Numbered from the stretch's first letter, positions 1 to 9,566 are shown. The stretch is 64,000 bases of DNA from an uncultured virus (IMG/VR IMGVR_UViG_3300042350_005891) (IMGVR_UViG_3300042350_005891); one strand, 5' to 3'. Numbers and translations are program-made. The notes: a model not told the origin generated them from the letters alone.

Positions 1-654
1 CTATGGCAATAGTTTCCTGATTACTTCAACAGGTATAATATCTGTTCCAATACGTTCACCATCAATAGCTGCCCCTGCGGTTATCCCAACCAGTTGACCG
101 TTGGCCAAAAATACAGCCCCTCCCGAATATCCGGGTCTAGGCTTCGCCGAGATGACTGGGTTGCCTGACCACATGTGGGCGGTGACTTCGGCATGCGTAA
201 TGGACGCAGGACCCTCAAAATGGAGTTTATTGGCCTGTATTACGCGTGTACCCTTGGGGAGGCCATCTTGCCCCCAATACATCTTAAAGGGGATTTTAAC
301 CGTCTTTAAACGCAATACAGCCACGTCCAGGCGGTCGTCCTTGGCAATCAGGGTGGCTTTCTCCTTGGGCATCCCGATCCCCTCAACCTCAATGTCGCTT
401 TCGTTGCCTATGACGTGGGCACAGGTTACAACTAGGTCTCCGTCGTAGACCCTTGCCCCCATCCCGGCCTTGCCGCCCGAGTAGATCAGGACCGAGGCCG
501 ATTCGGCCAAAGCTGTCCAGGAGTAGTGACCGGGTTCGGCTAGAAGAGGCGATACCAGAGCTTGCGTAGCCAGCAGTACGACGCCCAGAATAGCCCGGTA
601 AGAAAGATACAGATGGCCGCGCCCAAAAGCGCGGCGATTGAAAAGACCAGACAT
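1..654 (-). CDS. Trypsin-like (S1) serine protease, probably exported
   Basis: Catalytic triad motifs TCAHV, DVAVL and GYSGG; hydrophobic N-terminal segment; exact start uncertain. Confidence 0.85.
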   Translation of the reverse strand: MSGLFNRRAFGRGHLYLSYRAILGVVLLATQALVSPLLAEPGHYSWTALAESASVLIYSGGKAGMGARVYDGDLVVTCAHVIGNESDIEVEGIGMPKEKATLIAKDDRLDVAVLRLKTVKIPFKMYWGQDGLPKGTRVIQANKLHFEGPASITHAEVTAHMWSGNPVISAKPRPGYSGGAVFLANGQLVGITAGAAIDGERIGTDIIPVEVIRKLLP

Positions 655-867
655 TCAGCGAGCCCGTTTGGACTTGCTTGCATATTCCTCAAACCCCTTG
701 GCCAGGGCGTAGCTTGTCAGGGCATCACGGTCCCCCTGAATCTCAATAAGCGCGGCCTCGGCCAACAGGTCTCTGGTTTTCTCGTCCATCTCGATGTTTA
801 ACTCGACGTATGGAACTTCTTTTTCAGACACAATCTTTATGTGTCCGGTATGGTGGTGTATTTTCAT
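655..867 (-). CDS. Hypothetical protein (70 aa, MKIHHH...)
   Basis: Stop abuts the protease ATG; internal ATG chosen to avoid overlap with the upstream gene. Confidence 0.6.
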   Translation of the reverse strand: MKIHHHTGHIKIVSEKEVPYVELNIEMDEKTRDLLAEAALIEIQGDRDALTSYALAKGFEEYASKSKRAR

Positions 868-902
868 CGTGCCGCCAGTATGCCGGTCGGCACGGGAAGG
901 CG

Positions 903-1157
903 TCAAGGTGTTTCTTTGCCCCACTTGCCGATCGGGCACTGCTCGTGGGGGAGCCACTGCTTGCCCTTGCCGCACCCGCATTTGAGGCATTTGCCATATC
1001 CCAGCCGGACGTTTTCCTGCCAAAACTCGCACTTGCGGCAGATTTCCATCCGCTTCTGGTAGGCTTGGGGCGAGACCTTGAATCCCGACTTGGCCCATTG
1101 ATGCATCGAACCGGCGAATTTTTTGGCCTGCTGATGGAACATCCTTGGCTCACTCAT
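903..1157 (-). CDS. Small Cys-rich, putative zinc-binding protein
   Basis: RMEICRKC...CLKCGC...CPIGKW pattern common in phage small proteins. Confidence 0.7.
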   Translation of the reverse strand: MSEPRMFHQQAKKFAGSMHQWAKSGFKVSPQAYQKRMEICRKCEFWQENVRLGYGKCLKCGCGKGKQWLPHEQCPIGKWGKETP

Positions 1158-1842
1158 AACAGTTGGATAGGTTAAGTTCGAGCGTTGCGTCCAGCCTCCA
1201 GTTTCCCTGGAATCCTGGAATCGACGACCAGGACGGCGTCCATGTGTTGAGCAACGTGATCGTCGTGGATTGCCCGAAAAAACTAAGCGTCATCGTGCCC
1301 GTGGAGTTTAATCCCGGGGGGCTTACCTGGAACGCCGGATTTTCCGAAAGGTTTGTGGCGCTGATCCAGTTTGAGTAAACGTCCACGTAACCGCCGCCGC
1401 ATAGAAATTTAATGTTGTTGGCCTGGGCCCCGACATTGATTTCGTAGGGGGCGACGGATGTGCCAGAAGGTGTGATATATGTGTACGCACCTATAAACGG
1501 CCCGTAGACATCCATGCCAACCACTGCTCCCGGCGGAAAGACGCAATTACATTCGGACGAAAAAGATGTGGTGAGGGTGTTCCCTCCTCCGCGCCCGCGG
1601 TTTGTCTGTCTGTACCCCGGTGACGTATTCGCGTCCTCGGTGACCACAGCCTGAACGTTTCCCGAGGCGACCAGTTTTTGTTGAAGCGTGTTTTGTTTCA
1701 ACGCCGAACACGGTATCGACATACGGTATCGGTAGTCCGGGTCGGACTTGATGCTTTGAATTTCCGCCGGATCGGTATACGTGAAAAACCCCGAACACTC
1801 CGAGGCACAGCAACAGTTGTTGGTGATCAGGAATGGATTCAT
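1150..1842 (-). CDS. Hypothetical protein with Cys-rich N-terminus
   Basis: NNCCCASEC start; ATGA coupling to the upstream gene. Confidence 0.65.
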   Translation of the reverse strand: MNPFLITNNCCCASECSGFFTYTDPAEIQSIKSDPDYRYRMSIPCSALKQNTLQQKLVASGNVQAVVTEDANTSPGYRQTNRGRGGGNTLTTSFSSECNCVFPPGAVVGMDVYGPFIGAYTYITPSGTSVAPYEINVGAQANNIKFLCGGGYVDVYSNWISATNLSENPAFQVSPPGLNSTGTMTLSFFGQSTTITLLNTWTPSWSSIPGFQGNWRLDATLELNLSNCYE

Positions 1843-2249
1843 TTACGAACTTCGACTATCGCGTATCGCGGGATTTTTGCAAGCTCCCGCATCGCAGTCC
1901 GTTCGCAATTGAAAAACAAATCCACGATCGGGTACTTTCCCTTGCTGGCTTTCCTGGATATCACCGCCGACCCGGTGTCGATCGCCTTGAACTCCCTGCC
2001 GTTGATCGTGACCGTCGAGCCGTAGGGGATGATCCTGGGGTCGACCGCACACGACTTGCCCGGCTTGAGGGTGTAGCCCGTGCTGGATTTGTAGCGGCTT
2101 GTCCAATAGTCCTGTCCCGGCCAGTAGGCCGTGATCCGGACCTTTAGCTTTTTGGCCGGTTTCTTGGGCGGTTCCATCTCGATCATCACGTTGGAGGCCA
2201 GCGTGGGGACCGAGCATAAAAGAACCATGGCTAGGATTAGCTTCTTCAT
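1839..2249 (-). CDS. 3D (Asp-Asp-Asp) domain protein, MltA-like lytic transglycosylase, with signal peptide
   Basis: ITAY...AVDPRIIPYGS...AIDTGSAV...IVDLFF motifs; signal MKKLILAMVLLCSVPTLA. Confidence 0.85.
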   Translation of the reverse strand: MKKLILAMVLLCSVPTLASNVMIEMEPPKKPAKKLKVRITAYWPGQDYWTSRYKSSTGYTLKPGKSCAVDPRIIPYGSTVTINGREFKAIDTGSAVISRKASKGKYPIVDLFFNCERTAMRELAKIPRYAIVEVRK

Positions 2250-2276
2250 GGGAGTGTTTCCGGCGTGAAAACCAGG

Positions 2277-4403
2277 TTAAACAACCGGGTCTTCTACGTC
2301 AATCGGGATCTTCCAGCTGACCTTGCCCTTGACGGTGACACGCTCGATTTGTTTTGTGGTCATCAGCTTGGCAAGCCGCTGACCCATCTTTTCAGGCGTG
2401 GCCGCATAATGGCGGGTGAGCTTTTCCAATCCCGGATCGTTGAGCATCTGGGTGAGCAACTGCGTCGCCGAACCCCGCCAGACAATCTCCTTGGGGTTGG
2501 ACATGCGGAAGCTGATCAAGAACTCGTCGAGAAGCTCGGAGAACGCGTGGTTGGGGTGCGTCGTCCGGGTGTCCTCGAGGATGTCGGGGTGGTGGTAGCA
2601 CTTGACCTCGAACCGGCTGGAACTGCGGATGTGCTCCGGGATTTCCATGTCGACAAGCCACCGGGCAAACGCCGGAAGCTCGCCGTCCAGAATCCGCTGG
2701 AGTTCCTTGGCCGCGGGGAAGTTCACGCCTCGCGCCGAAGCCTTGAAAAGCATAAGCTTGTCCAGGATGCTCGCGTCGGTGTAGGGAACGGCCCGCATGG
2801 AATCCGGATCGTCGTTGAGCGTCACGAACACGCGCCCGCTCCACTCGATGGTCGAAGGATTCTTCCACATGGCCCGGTAGCGGTGACGCCGGTTGGCGAC
2901 GAACTTCTTGACCGTGTTGGAGAAGAGCAGGTGCTTCTCGTGACTCGTCGAGGCGATCGTGTCGTCGACGTTGAGCACGCCCACCTCGAACATCTCCGAG
3001 TTGAACTCACTTTCGCCCGAGATGTGTCCCGAGGCGTCGCAACCGCCGCCGAGTAGACGCGAGACGATCTGGGTTCCCAGAAGCGTCTTGCCCACGCCCA
3101 CCGGACCGGCGATGAAGATCGCCTGGCCCTGCGACTGCTTGCCCGACCTGGCCATCACGTAGAAGTGGTGGAGCCAGGCCATGAAGTATTCGAGCGAGTC
3201 GGCTGGGTCAAAGAACCCTTCCAAGAACTGCGCCATCCAGGGGAACCCGTCGCCCCACTTGGTGCAGGGTTCCGACCGTGGCTCCAGGACCCGGACGCGC
3301 GAGACGTTGAGGATGTTCTTGCCGCCCAGGTGGACGATCTCCTCCTTGTTGAAAAGGATCGGACCGGCCTCGTCGACCCGCCGTGTCTCGCGAATGCGGA
3401 ACATGGTCTGGTCAACCTCGCACTGTCCGCCCCGTTGCATCGGGGCCAGCGACAGCCCGTAGATGCTGGCGATGTCTTTCTTGGCCGTGTCTGACTCGGC
3501 ATCGCGCCACACGCCCGTGCCGTCGCGCCGCCAGTACTTCTTGCCGTCATAGTAATAGTTGGAGAGCGGAGCGCCAAGGCGGTCCTCCTCAAACTCCTTG
3601 ACCCAGCCGGCCCCTAGGATCTCGGCCCAGCTGTAGAAGCTTTTTTCCTGCGAGAAGCTGACCATGCCGGTTGGCGTGACCACGCAGGAAGTCGGGTTAT
3701 CCGAGGTCGGTGACCAGAACGCGTTGGTCCTGGAGTTGACCTCGAGCCTTCCGACAAGACGTCCCGGAAAGAGTTCTTCCACCCGCGAGCGCACACGGTC
3801 CAGCGGGATTTCCACGGGGCCTTCCCCGCGGTACTTGGTCGAGGCGTCGATCGTCGTCGCCAACCAGCTGAAGATTGTTTCCGACCGGATGGGCTTGTCG
3901 CTGACCTTGGTGACCGGCTGATACCAGGCGTAGTACTGCTCGGGTCTCAGGTGGTTCTCGTCCAGGCCGGGGAAGATCTTTTTGATCCCCAGTTCCTTGG
4001 CCATCCGCTTGATGAAAGGCTCAAGCAGACCGACCGGTATCTGGGCGGGTTCCTCGAACATCCAGACCACCCTGGCCCCGCCGCTCGGGGTCCTGTGAGC
4101 GTAGTTGGGTTTGTAGCCCTTGACCTTGTTGGCCAGGCTGTCGATGAACTCGCTGTCGGTGATCTCGGCGTCGTAGTCGACCACGAACGCATGCATCTTG
4201 GCCGGCGGGTTGTCCTTGGTCACCCGCATGGCAGGCGCACGCCCTTCGAATCCGCTGACGAACATTCCGTCCGTGTGCGAGCTTGTGGCCCACTTCTTGG
4301 CATCCTCCGGCTTCATGCTGGGGGGTTGGTTGACCGGACCGGTCCACGGGGTGCATGGGCTGGCTACCGACGACGACAGGTTGGGAATACGGAAGAGCGT
4401 CAT
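2277..4403 (-). CDS. Primase-helicase (AEP-like N-terminus plus D5/DUF5906-like P-loop NTPase)
   Basis: VVDYD primase motif; Walker A GPVGVGKT; Walker B LNVDD; start at 4403 overlaps the polymerase stop (ATGA). Confidence 0.8.
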   Translation of the reverse strand: MTLFRIPNLSSSVASPCTPWTGPVNQPPSMKPEDAKKWATSSHTDGMFVSGFEGRAPAMRVTKDNPPAKMHAFVVDYDAEITDSEFIDSLANKVKGYKPNYAHRTPSGGARVVWMFEEPAQIPVGLLEPFIKRMAKELGIKKIFPGLDENHLRPEQYYAWYQPVTKVSDKPIRSETIFSWLATTIDASTKYRGEGPVEIPLDRVRSRVEELFPGRLVGRLEVNSRTNAFWSPTSDNPTSCVVTPTGMVSFSQEKSFYSWAEILGAGWVKEFEEDRLGAPLSNYYYDGKKYWRRDGTGVWRDAESDTAKKDIASIYGLSLAPMQRGGQCEVDQTMFRIRETRRVDEAGPILFNKEEIVHLGGKNILNVSRVRVLEPRSEPCTKWGDGFPWMAQFLEGFFDPADSLEYFMAWLHHFYVMARSGKQSQGQAIFIAGPVGVGKTLLGTQIVSRLLGGGCDASGHISGESEFNSEMFEVGVLNVDDTIASTSHEKHLLFSNTVKKFVANRRHRYRAMWKNPSTIEWSGRVFVTLNDDPDSMRAVPYTDASILDKLMLFKASARGVNFPAAKELQRILDGELPAFARWLVDMEIPEHIRSSSRFEVKCYHHPDILEDTRTTHPNHAFSELLDEFLISFRMSNPKEIVWRGSATQLLTQMLNDPGLEKLTRHYAATPEKMGQRLAKLMTTKQIERVTVKGKVSWKIPIDVEDPVV

Positions 4404-6190
4404 TTCTTGTACCTCTCGGCGTCCACCGCCTCTGCCCCGATCGGACATCCTTCAAGCCATTCGGGGGATACACTCATCAGCCTTTCAATTTCACCAGCCG
4501 GAACGTCCTTGTCAACTTCGCAGACTGCCTCGTCGTGAACATGCATCACGACCGGGCAACCCGCTTTTTCCAGCCTCAGGATGGCTGCGCCCATGACGTC
4601 ACGCGCCACGGCTTGCACCAGGTTCTCGCAAAGCTTCCCGCCGTAGAACGGAATCTGCGGACCGCCGCGCTCAACGCTCGCGGTCCACGCCGGCTTACGC
4701 ATCCGACCGTCCTTGTCGAACTTCTGGCTCTCCGGCCACTGCGACATGATGTTGCGGTAGGTGAGAACACGACCGCTGGGCAGTCCGACCTCAAGCTGTT
4801 TGTCCGACTTGGCGTGGTGGAGATCGTTCTCCAGTTTGCGCCACAGCTGAAGGATGCCGGGATTGCGCCCACGGAAATCGTTGACGATCTCCTGGGCCTT
4901 GCTGTCCGTCATCTCGATCCCGTACTGCATCTTGGCGATGAGCGAGAACTTCTTGGCTCCCGCGCCATAACCAAGACCCAGCACCATCGCCTTGACCAGC
5001 TGGTAGAGCGGGGCGTCGGTCTTCTTCAGCGTTCCCTTCGCGCCGTTCCAAAGATTCATGTTCTTGGCCGCGGCCTCGTAGATGCCATACCCGTTCCTGA
5101 TCGCGTCCAGGAGTCCTTCGTTGTCGCACAGCCAAGCTAGAACCCGGGGCTCAATCTGGGCCAGATCGCAGATAACAAACTTCTTACCTGGCCGGGGTAC
5201 GATGCAACCCCGTAGGTCAACGCCGAACATTTCGTTGCGGGGAAGATTCTGCACATTGAACTTGGAGTCGCCCGACCACCGTCCGGTGTGCGCGCCCATG
5301 TACTTGAGTCCGTAGCCCATCGTCCCGTCCGGTCGCACGCGGGAGCGCATGACCTTCATCTTGGCCAGAAGCGAGTTGGCTTTCCGCCAGTCGCGCATGA
5401 TGCCGACAAACGGAACCTTGTCGCCGTACTGGGCTTCCCAAAGGGCGCACTCCTCGGAGTTCTCCGCCATCGAGGTCGGCCAGGGAATCCCGGCCTTGGC
5501 ACATTCCCGGCGGAACGCCTTGGTCGAGAGAACGACGCCGTCGGTCTCATCGATCCACGGCAGGGAGTTCTCGCACTCCCACGTCTTGCGTTCCAGAAGC
5601 TTGATGCCTTTTTCCACCGAGTCCTTGTCGACGTAAACGCCACCCCAACCCATCGAGATGGTGTGGCGGGAGAGTTCCTGCTCCATCGGCAGAAGGTTGT
5701 TGCCAAACTTCTGGTCGATTTGGTAGCAAGCCTGCGCGTCCTGTCTGGCGTACTCCAGCACTTCCTTGCCGAACTCGGTGTTTTCCACGTCGATCCATTT
5801 TTTGGAATGCATCTTGTCGCGGGGGTCCTTGTCGATTTTCCTGTCCAGAAGTTCACGGGAGGCCCCTGCTAGGTTGCGGGGCGCTCCCACGGCGACCGAA
5901 AGATTGGCGGTGCAGTCCCAGGCGACGGGCCTGGCTAAGAACTCACCTGCCTCGCGCAATCTCTCGATCACCGCGCCGTCAAAGCTGTAGTTGTGGGCAA
6001 TCCACCTGTGCCCGTTGATCTTGGCCCAGGGAGCGTTTTTCGGGCTACCCACGTAGTCCACGTCCGGACCGTGGATGGCTACCATGTAGATGTCGGACTT
6101 TTCGTGGCGTAAGTAATGCCACTGCCCGAGCGTCGTGATGGATATTTCCTTGTCGTAGTATGTTTCAAAGTCGATGGCGTATGTGTTCAT
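4400..6190 (-). CDS. polA: DNA polymerase family A with 3'-5' exonuclease domain
   Basis: DFETY and AHNYSFD (exonuclease); HTGRWSG; NVQNLPR; motif A DLAQIEPRVL; motif B KAMVLGLGYG; motif C HVHDE. Confidence 0.95.
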   Translation of the reverse strand: MNTYAIDFETYYDKEISITTLGQWHYLRHEKSDIYMVAIHGPDVDYVGSPKNAPWAKINGHRWIAHNYSFDGAVIERLREAGEFLARPVAWDCTANLSVAVGAPRNLAGASRELLDRKIDKDPRDKMHSKKWIDVENTEFGKEVLEYARQDAQACYQIDQKFGNNLLPMEQELSRHTISMGWGGVYVDKDSVEKGIKLLERKTWECENSLPWIDETDGVVLSTKAFRRECAKAGIPWPTSMAENSEECALWEAQYGDKVPFVGIMRDWRKANSLLAKMKVMRSRVRPDGTMGYGLKYMGAHTGRWSGDSKFNVQNLPRNEMFGVDLRGCIVPRPGKKFVICDLAQIEPRVLAWLCDNEGLLDAIRNGYGIYEAAAKNMNLWNGAKGTLKKTDAPLYQLVKAMVLGLGYGAGAKKFSLIAKMQYGIEMTDSKAQEIVNDFRGRNPGILQLWRKLENDLHHAKSDKQLEVGLPSGRVLTYRNIMSQWPESQKFDKDGRMRKPAWTASVERGGPQIPFYGGKLCENLVQAVARDVMGAAILRLEKAGCPVVMHVHDEAVCEVDKDVPAGEIERLMSVSPEWLEGCPIGAEAVDAERYKK

Positions 6191-6477
6191 TTTTTGTCCC
6201 CGCGTATAAGTTCCTCAAAAATCAGGAGTCTACCCAGCATGTCAGAAACCTGACCCGTGAGTTTGGTTTGTTTTGCTTCGTCTTTGGCCTTGGCCCTGGC
6301 GTTAAGCAGGATCTGCAAAGCATCGAGAATCATGTCCGAAATTTCTTTCGGATGAATGCCGTTATCCAACAGCACCATGTACTCGGCCTCGATCGAACTC
6401 CTGTCCTCACCCGAAAACGGGTAAGGGATCACCAGGAACTCCTCGGCCAGTGCGTAACTGGCTGAGGTAGCCCTCAC
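6187..6477 (-). CDS. Hypothetical protein
   Basis: Stop/start coupled within the operon. Confidence 0.6.
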   Translation of the reverse strand: MRATSASYALAEEFLVIPYPFSGEDRSSIEAEYMVLLDNGIHPKEISDMILDALQILLNARAKAKDEAKQTKLTGQVSDMLGRLLIFEELIRGDKK

Positions 6478-6788
6478 ATTCTGTCGCCAGTTCTCGGGTC
6501 GATTCTCTCAGCGCCAGTTTCGGGCTCGATCATCCCGTTGGAGACCATGTAGTCCTCGCTAAGAGGCGCGCCCATTTGGTCAACCAAAGGATTCTCTTGC
6601 TTGTTCTTCTCGCGGTCCTTGAAGCCTTCCTGTTTGAGCAACTGACCCAGCAGGCTCTGGACGTGGGGCATCAGGCCCAAAAACACATCCTTTTCCACAA
6701 GCGTGGGATTTTCATCCCTGGGGAGCAGGGAGATTTCGAGTTTGTCGTTTTTATCGTTATGGCTTATTCTGATTACTATTTCAGTCAT
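6474..6788 (-). CDS. Hypothetical protein
   Basis: Stop/start coupled within the operon. Confidence 0.65.
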   Translation of the reverse strand: MTEIVIRISHNDKNDKLEISLLPRDENPTLVEKDVFLGLMPHVQSLLGQLLKQEGFKDREKNKQENPLVDQMGAPLSEDYMVSNGMIEPETGAERIDPRTGDRM

Positions 6789-7092
6789 TTTTGTTTTCTT
6801 TCTGGTGTGGTGTTAATTCGAGGACGGCGGACCGGACCTTGCGTCGGAACTCCGAGCATTCCTTCTCGAGGTCGGCCATGTCGGAGAGGAGCTCCTGGCA
6901 GAGATCCCTCAGACCTTCGTTCTCGTTTTCTAGACGACCGTTCTCCTCCACAAGGCGAGCGGCAGTCACGTGGTTGGCTTCCGCCAGGTCAACGACCCGG
7001 CAGTAAAACTGGTGGAGGCGATGGAGACTCCTTTGGCGGTTATGGTCGGCCTTTTCGTAATCTTCTTTACCGACTATTTCCTGAAGTTCCAT
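6781..7092 (-). CDS. Hypothetical coiled-coil protein
   Basis: AAGGAGG Shine-Dalgarno before MELQEIV; heptad-like sequence. Confidence 0.65.
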   Translation of the reverse strand: MELQEIVGKEDYEKADHNRQRSLHRLHQFYCRVVDLAEANHVTAARLVEENGRLENENEGLRDLCQELLSDMADLEKECSEFRRKVRSAVLELTPHQKENKND

Positions 7093-7223
7093 GTGGCTAC
7101 CTCCTTGCTTAAAACAATCGTGGGTTCCTTCTGGTCTGTCAAACATATAAATCCTTCCTGTAGCAGGTAATCCAGAGCGGCGACGAGTTCGTCGGCCCGC
7201 TTATCGCTTGCGTTTCTTGGCAT
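7074..7223 (-). CDS. Small hypothetical protein (49 aa, MPRNASDK...)
   Basis: Translated manually; fills a gap in the operon. Confidence 0.45.
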   Translation of the reverse strand: MPRNASDKRADELVAALDYLLQEGFICLTDQKEPTIVLSKEVATWNFRK

Positions 7224-7329
7224 TTGTTTTGGTCTTTCCGACCCTGATTTTTGCCTGGGTGCTTTTGGTTTCCGTTTTTACCTTGGGGAATGCGAATCCC
7301 CTCTGGTTCCAAAGCCATTCAATGATCAT
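7201..7329 (-). CDS. Small basic protein (42 aa, MIIEWLWN...AKKRKR)
   Basis: Translated manually; AAGGAG 7 nt upstream of the ATG. Confidence 0.55.
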   Translation of the reverse strand: MIIEWLWNQRGFAFPKVKTETKSTQAKIRVGKTKTNAKKRKR

Positions 7330-7525
7330 CTTTTTGCTCCTTTTCTAGTTCGTGATTAAGTTTCTCTTTCTCAATAATCCTCATGAATCTGTGCGCGTGA
7401 TCTTCCCTGTCAAAGAAAAACATGGAAGTTACTCGCTCGGTATCCGGGTCGGTCGCGAATATGACCGAACCGAACCAACGATTGCTGATCCATACAAAAA
7501 CGCGAAGCAACAGGGCGTCGATCAT
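7319..7525 (-). CDS. Hypothetical protein (MIDALLL...)
   Basis: ATGA overlap with the upstream ORF stop. Confidence 0.55.
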   Translation of the reverse strand: MIDALLLRVFVWISNRWFGSVIFATDPDTERVTSMFFFDREDHAHRFMRIIEKEKLNHELEKEQKDDH

Positions 7526-7833
7526 AGAGTTTTCCCCCTGCGCGTCTTGTAGAGGAGAAACGCCGCCCGAACCATCGCCCGCTCCAGATGATCCAGCGCA
7601 GTTTCCCCCGCCGGATCGGGATTGGGTCTGTTCCCGTCGATCTGCATCATGGCCTGGGTTACGTGCGATATCACCCGGTCGGCGTTGTAGCGCCGGCTGT
7701 CGGTGTGAAACCATTGGCCGAACACACTCTTGTCCGAACCCCTGGACATGATTTTGGTTATGACTTCTCCGGCTTCTGCCACCACTTCGCTGATGGCCGG
7801 TGCCAAGTCCGTGTTTATTTCGTTTTGATCCAT
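7522..7833 (-). CDS. Hypothetical protein
   Basis: ORF in operon orientation; DHLERA ending is weakly reminiscent of phage nucleotide-hydrolase families. Confidence 0.6.
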   Translation of the reverse strand: MDQNEINTDLAPAISEVVAEAGEVITKIMSRGSDKSVFGQWFHTDSRRYNADRVISHVTQAMMQIDGNRPNPDPAGETALDHLERAMVRAAFLLYKTRRGKTL

Positions 7834-7989
7834 ACACCCTTTACTTCTGTTTTCACGTTAAAATTAAGATGCTCAAGGAGGGAGATAAATTGGCGGAGGA
7901 CGTCCGGTGTTTCACGCGGCAAGGAACACTTAACCTGTCGGCGCTTCTCGCGCCGCACCATGCCGGAACGTCTCCCCTTCCTCATCTGT

Positions 7990-8706
7990 TTAGACCAAGC
8001 TCGATGCCCAAGCCTGGAACTCTTCGTTGTTGGTTCCAGCCAGCTTGAACGTGGGCGTAAACCAGCTGCCCATCGAGTTTGTATTCAGCTTGCTTCCAAC
8101 GTGGTAGCGGCCCTTGGTGAGCGCACCGCGCAGGACGGTCTGGCTGTCGGTCAGCAACTGACGGCCCGCGCCGCGGTACGCGCTCTTGGTGAGGTTGTAC
8201 TGGGCCAGGGCGTAGTTTTTCTTGTCCGGTCCCTCGAAGGAAAAGACAGGGTTCTTGTCCTTGGGTTCCGCAACCAGAAGGGTGAGGACGAGAAACGGAA
8301 TGTAACGGTCCGTGTCGTCGCCATCGGTGATGTCCAGGGTTCCTCCGGCAGCTTCCACCTCGGCTTGCGAGGCGAAGATCTTCGGGATCACATCGGTTCC
8401 GTACGGGATCTCCTGGATATACTTCTTCTGGATGTGGGTGATGATCGTCTCCATCGGGGCGTCTTTCGACCCGACCACGATCTCCTTGTTGAAGACGAAG
8501 GAGCCCGGCTGGAAGTTGTTGCTCAGGTTCCCGGTCTTGCCGACCAGGTTGATCCGCGGGATCAGGAAGTCGGAGGCTTTGAATTCGCCGTCGACCGCCG
8601 AGTTGCGGTTGGCAATCGCGGGAGCTTTGCTCTCCGTGGTCGCCAGAGCCTGAGTTTCTTTCTGTTCCGCCGCTTCTTTGTCTTTCTTACTGAATGATGT
8701 CTTCAT
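7990..8706 (-). CDS. Putative single-stranded DNA-binding protein
   Basis: DFLIPRINL and GSWFTP motifs; position between nuclease and polymerase is typical of phage SSB-like genes. Confidence 0.55.
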   Translation of the reverse strand: MKTSFSKKDKEAAEQKETQALATTESKAPAIANRNSAVDGEFKASDFLIPRINLVGKTGNLSNNFQPGSFVFNKEIVVGSKDAPMETIITHIQKKYIQEIPYGTDVIPKIFASQAEVEAAGGTLDITDGDDTDRYIPFLVLTLLVAEPKDKNPVFSFEGPDKKNYALAQYNLTKSAYRGAGRQLLTDSQTVLRGALTKGRYHVGSKLNTNSMGSWFTPTFKLAGTNNEEFQAWASSLV

Positions 8707-9566
8707 TTTATTTGTTTTATCTCTTTAGTTTTTCTTAGTTGATAAGACGGCTCACCACGCGTCATTGCTTCCGCAGCGATGAGGTCGTCCTCCAGTTGTT
8801 CTTTCGCCACGGTCTTCTGACCGCGAGGCGCCTTGGCCGCAACCAGATCGGCCAAATCCGTAAACTTCACCTCACAGGCGGAACTGAATTCCTCCGGAGT
8901 GAGTTTTTCCTTCACAAGTTCCCAAGCTTTTTGCGGGTCTTTGATTTCCCTTCGGCCCTGGATTTCCTTGAGGCCGTAACCGGGAATTTCGCCGCCTTCT
9001 TTAGCAAACTCCAGATTGTGCTTCCGCACGCTGGAACACCAAGCCTCCATGACCATCGCGATCCGGTGGGCCTGAGCGCGACGTTCGGGTGTAGCCAGCT
9101 GGCTTGGATGAAATAGTTCCGGCAACTGCGCGTCGTGTGCCAGGTCATATGCCTTAACGATCTGCATGGTGGCTCCGTGGACTGCTGGGCAGTCGGCCAG
9201 CTTCGCGCAGAATACGCATTGGTCTCCGGGTTTGTAATCGGCTTCGGTATGATTTTTGCATTTGTCTATGATTCCTTTGATTCGTTTTTCCATCCGCCCA
9301 TAATCGGATGCCCGATTGAATGTGTGGGTGAAGATGAGGTCGAGCCTGGGTTGCAGGACGTGGACGGTGACGTCGGTGACGTAGTCATACTTGTCAAAAA
9401 CTCCGAGCGTATAAGCCCACATCTGAGCGTTGTGCTCCGCGTCGTCGACAGGATTGAATCCAAATTTGTAATCGATGAGGTGGGCTTTGTTGCCGCGAAT
9501 GAGCAGGCGGTCGACAAACCCCCATTGATCGAAGACTTCAAGTTTGATTTCCTTTAGGTCAAGCAT
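8703..9566 (-). CDS. DUF2800/Cas4-like PD-(D/E)XK nuclease, C-terminal part
   Basis: GFVD...IDYKFG, QMWAY, PGDQCVFCAKLADCP. Confidence 0.85.
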   Translation of the reverse strand: MLDLKEIKLEVFDQWGFVDRLLIRGNKAHLIDYKFGFNPVDDAEHNAQMWAYTLGVFDKYDYVTDVTVHVLQPRLDLIFTHTFNRASDYGRMEKRIKGIIDKCKNHTEADYKPGDQCVFCAKLADCPAVHGATMQIVKAYDLAHDAQLPELFHPSQLATPERRAQAHRIAMVMEAWCSSVRKHNLEFAKEGGEIPGYGLKEIQGRREIKDPQKAWELVKEKLTPEEFSSACEVKFTDLADLVAAKAPRGQKTVAKEQLEDDLIAAEAMTRGEPSYQLRKTKEIKQIK

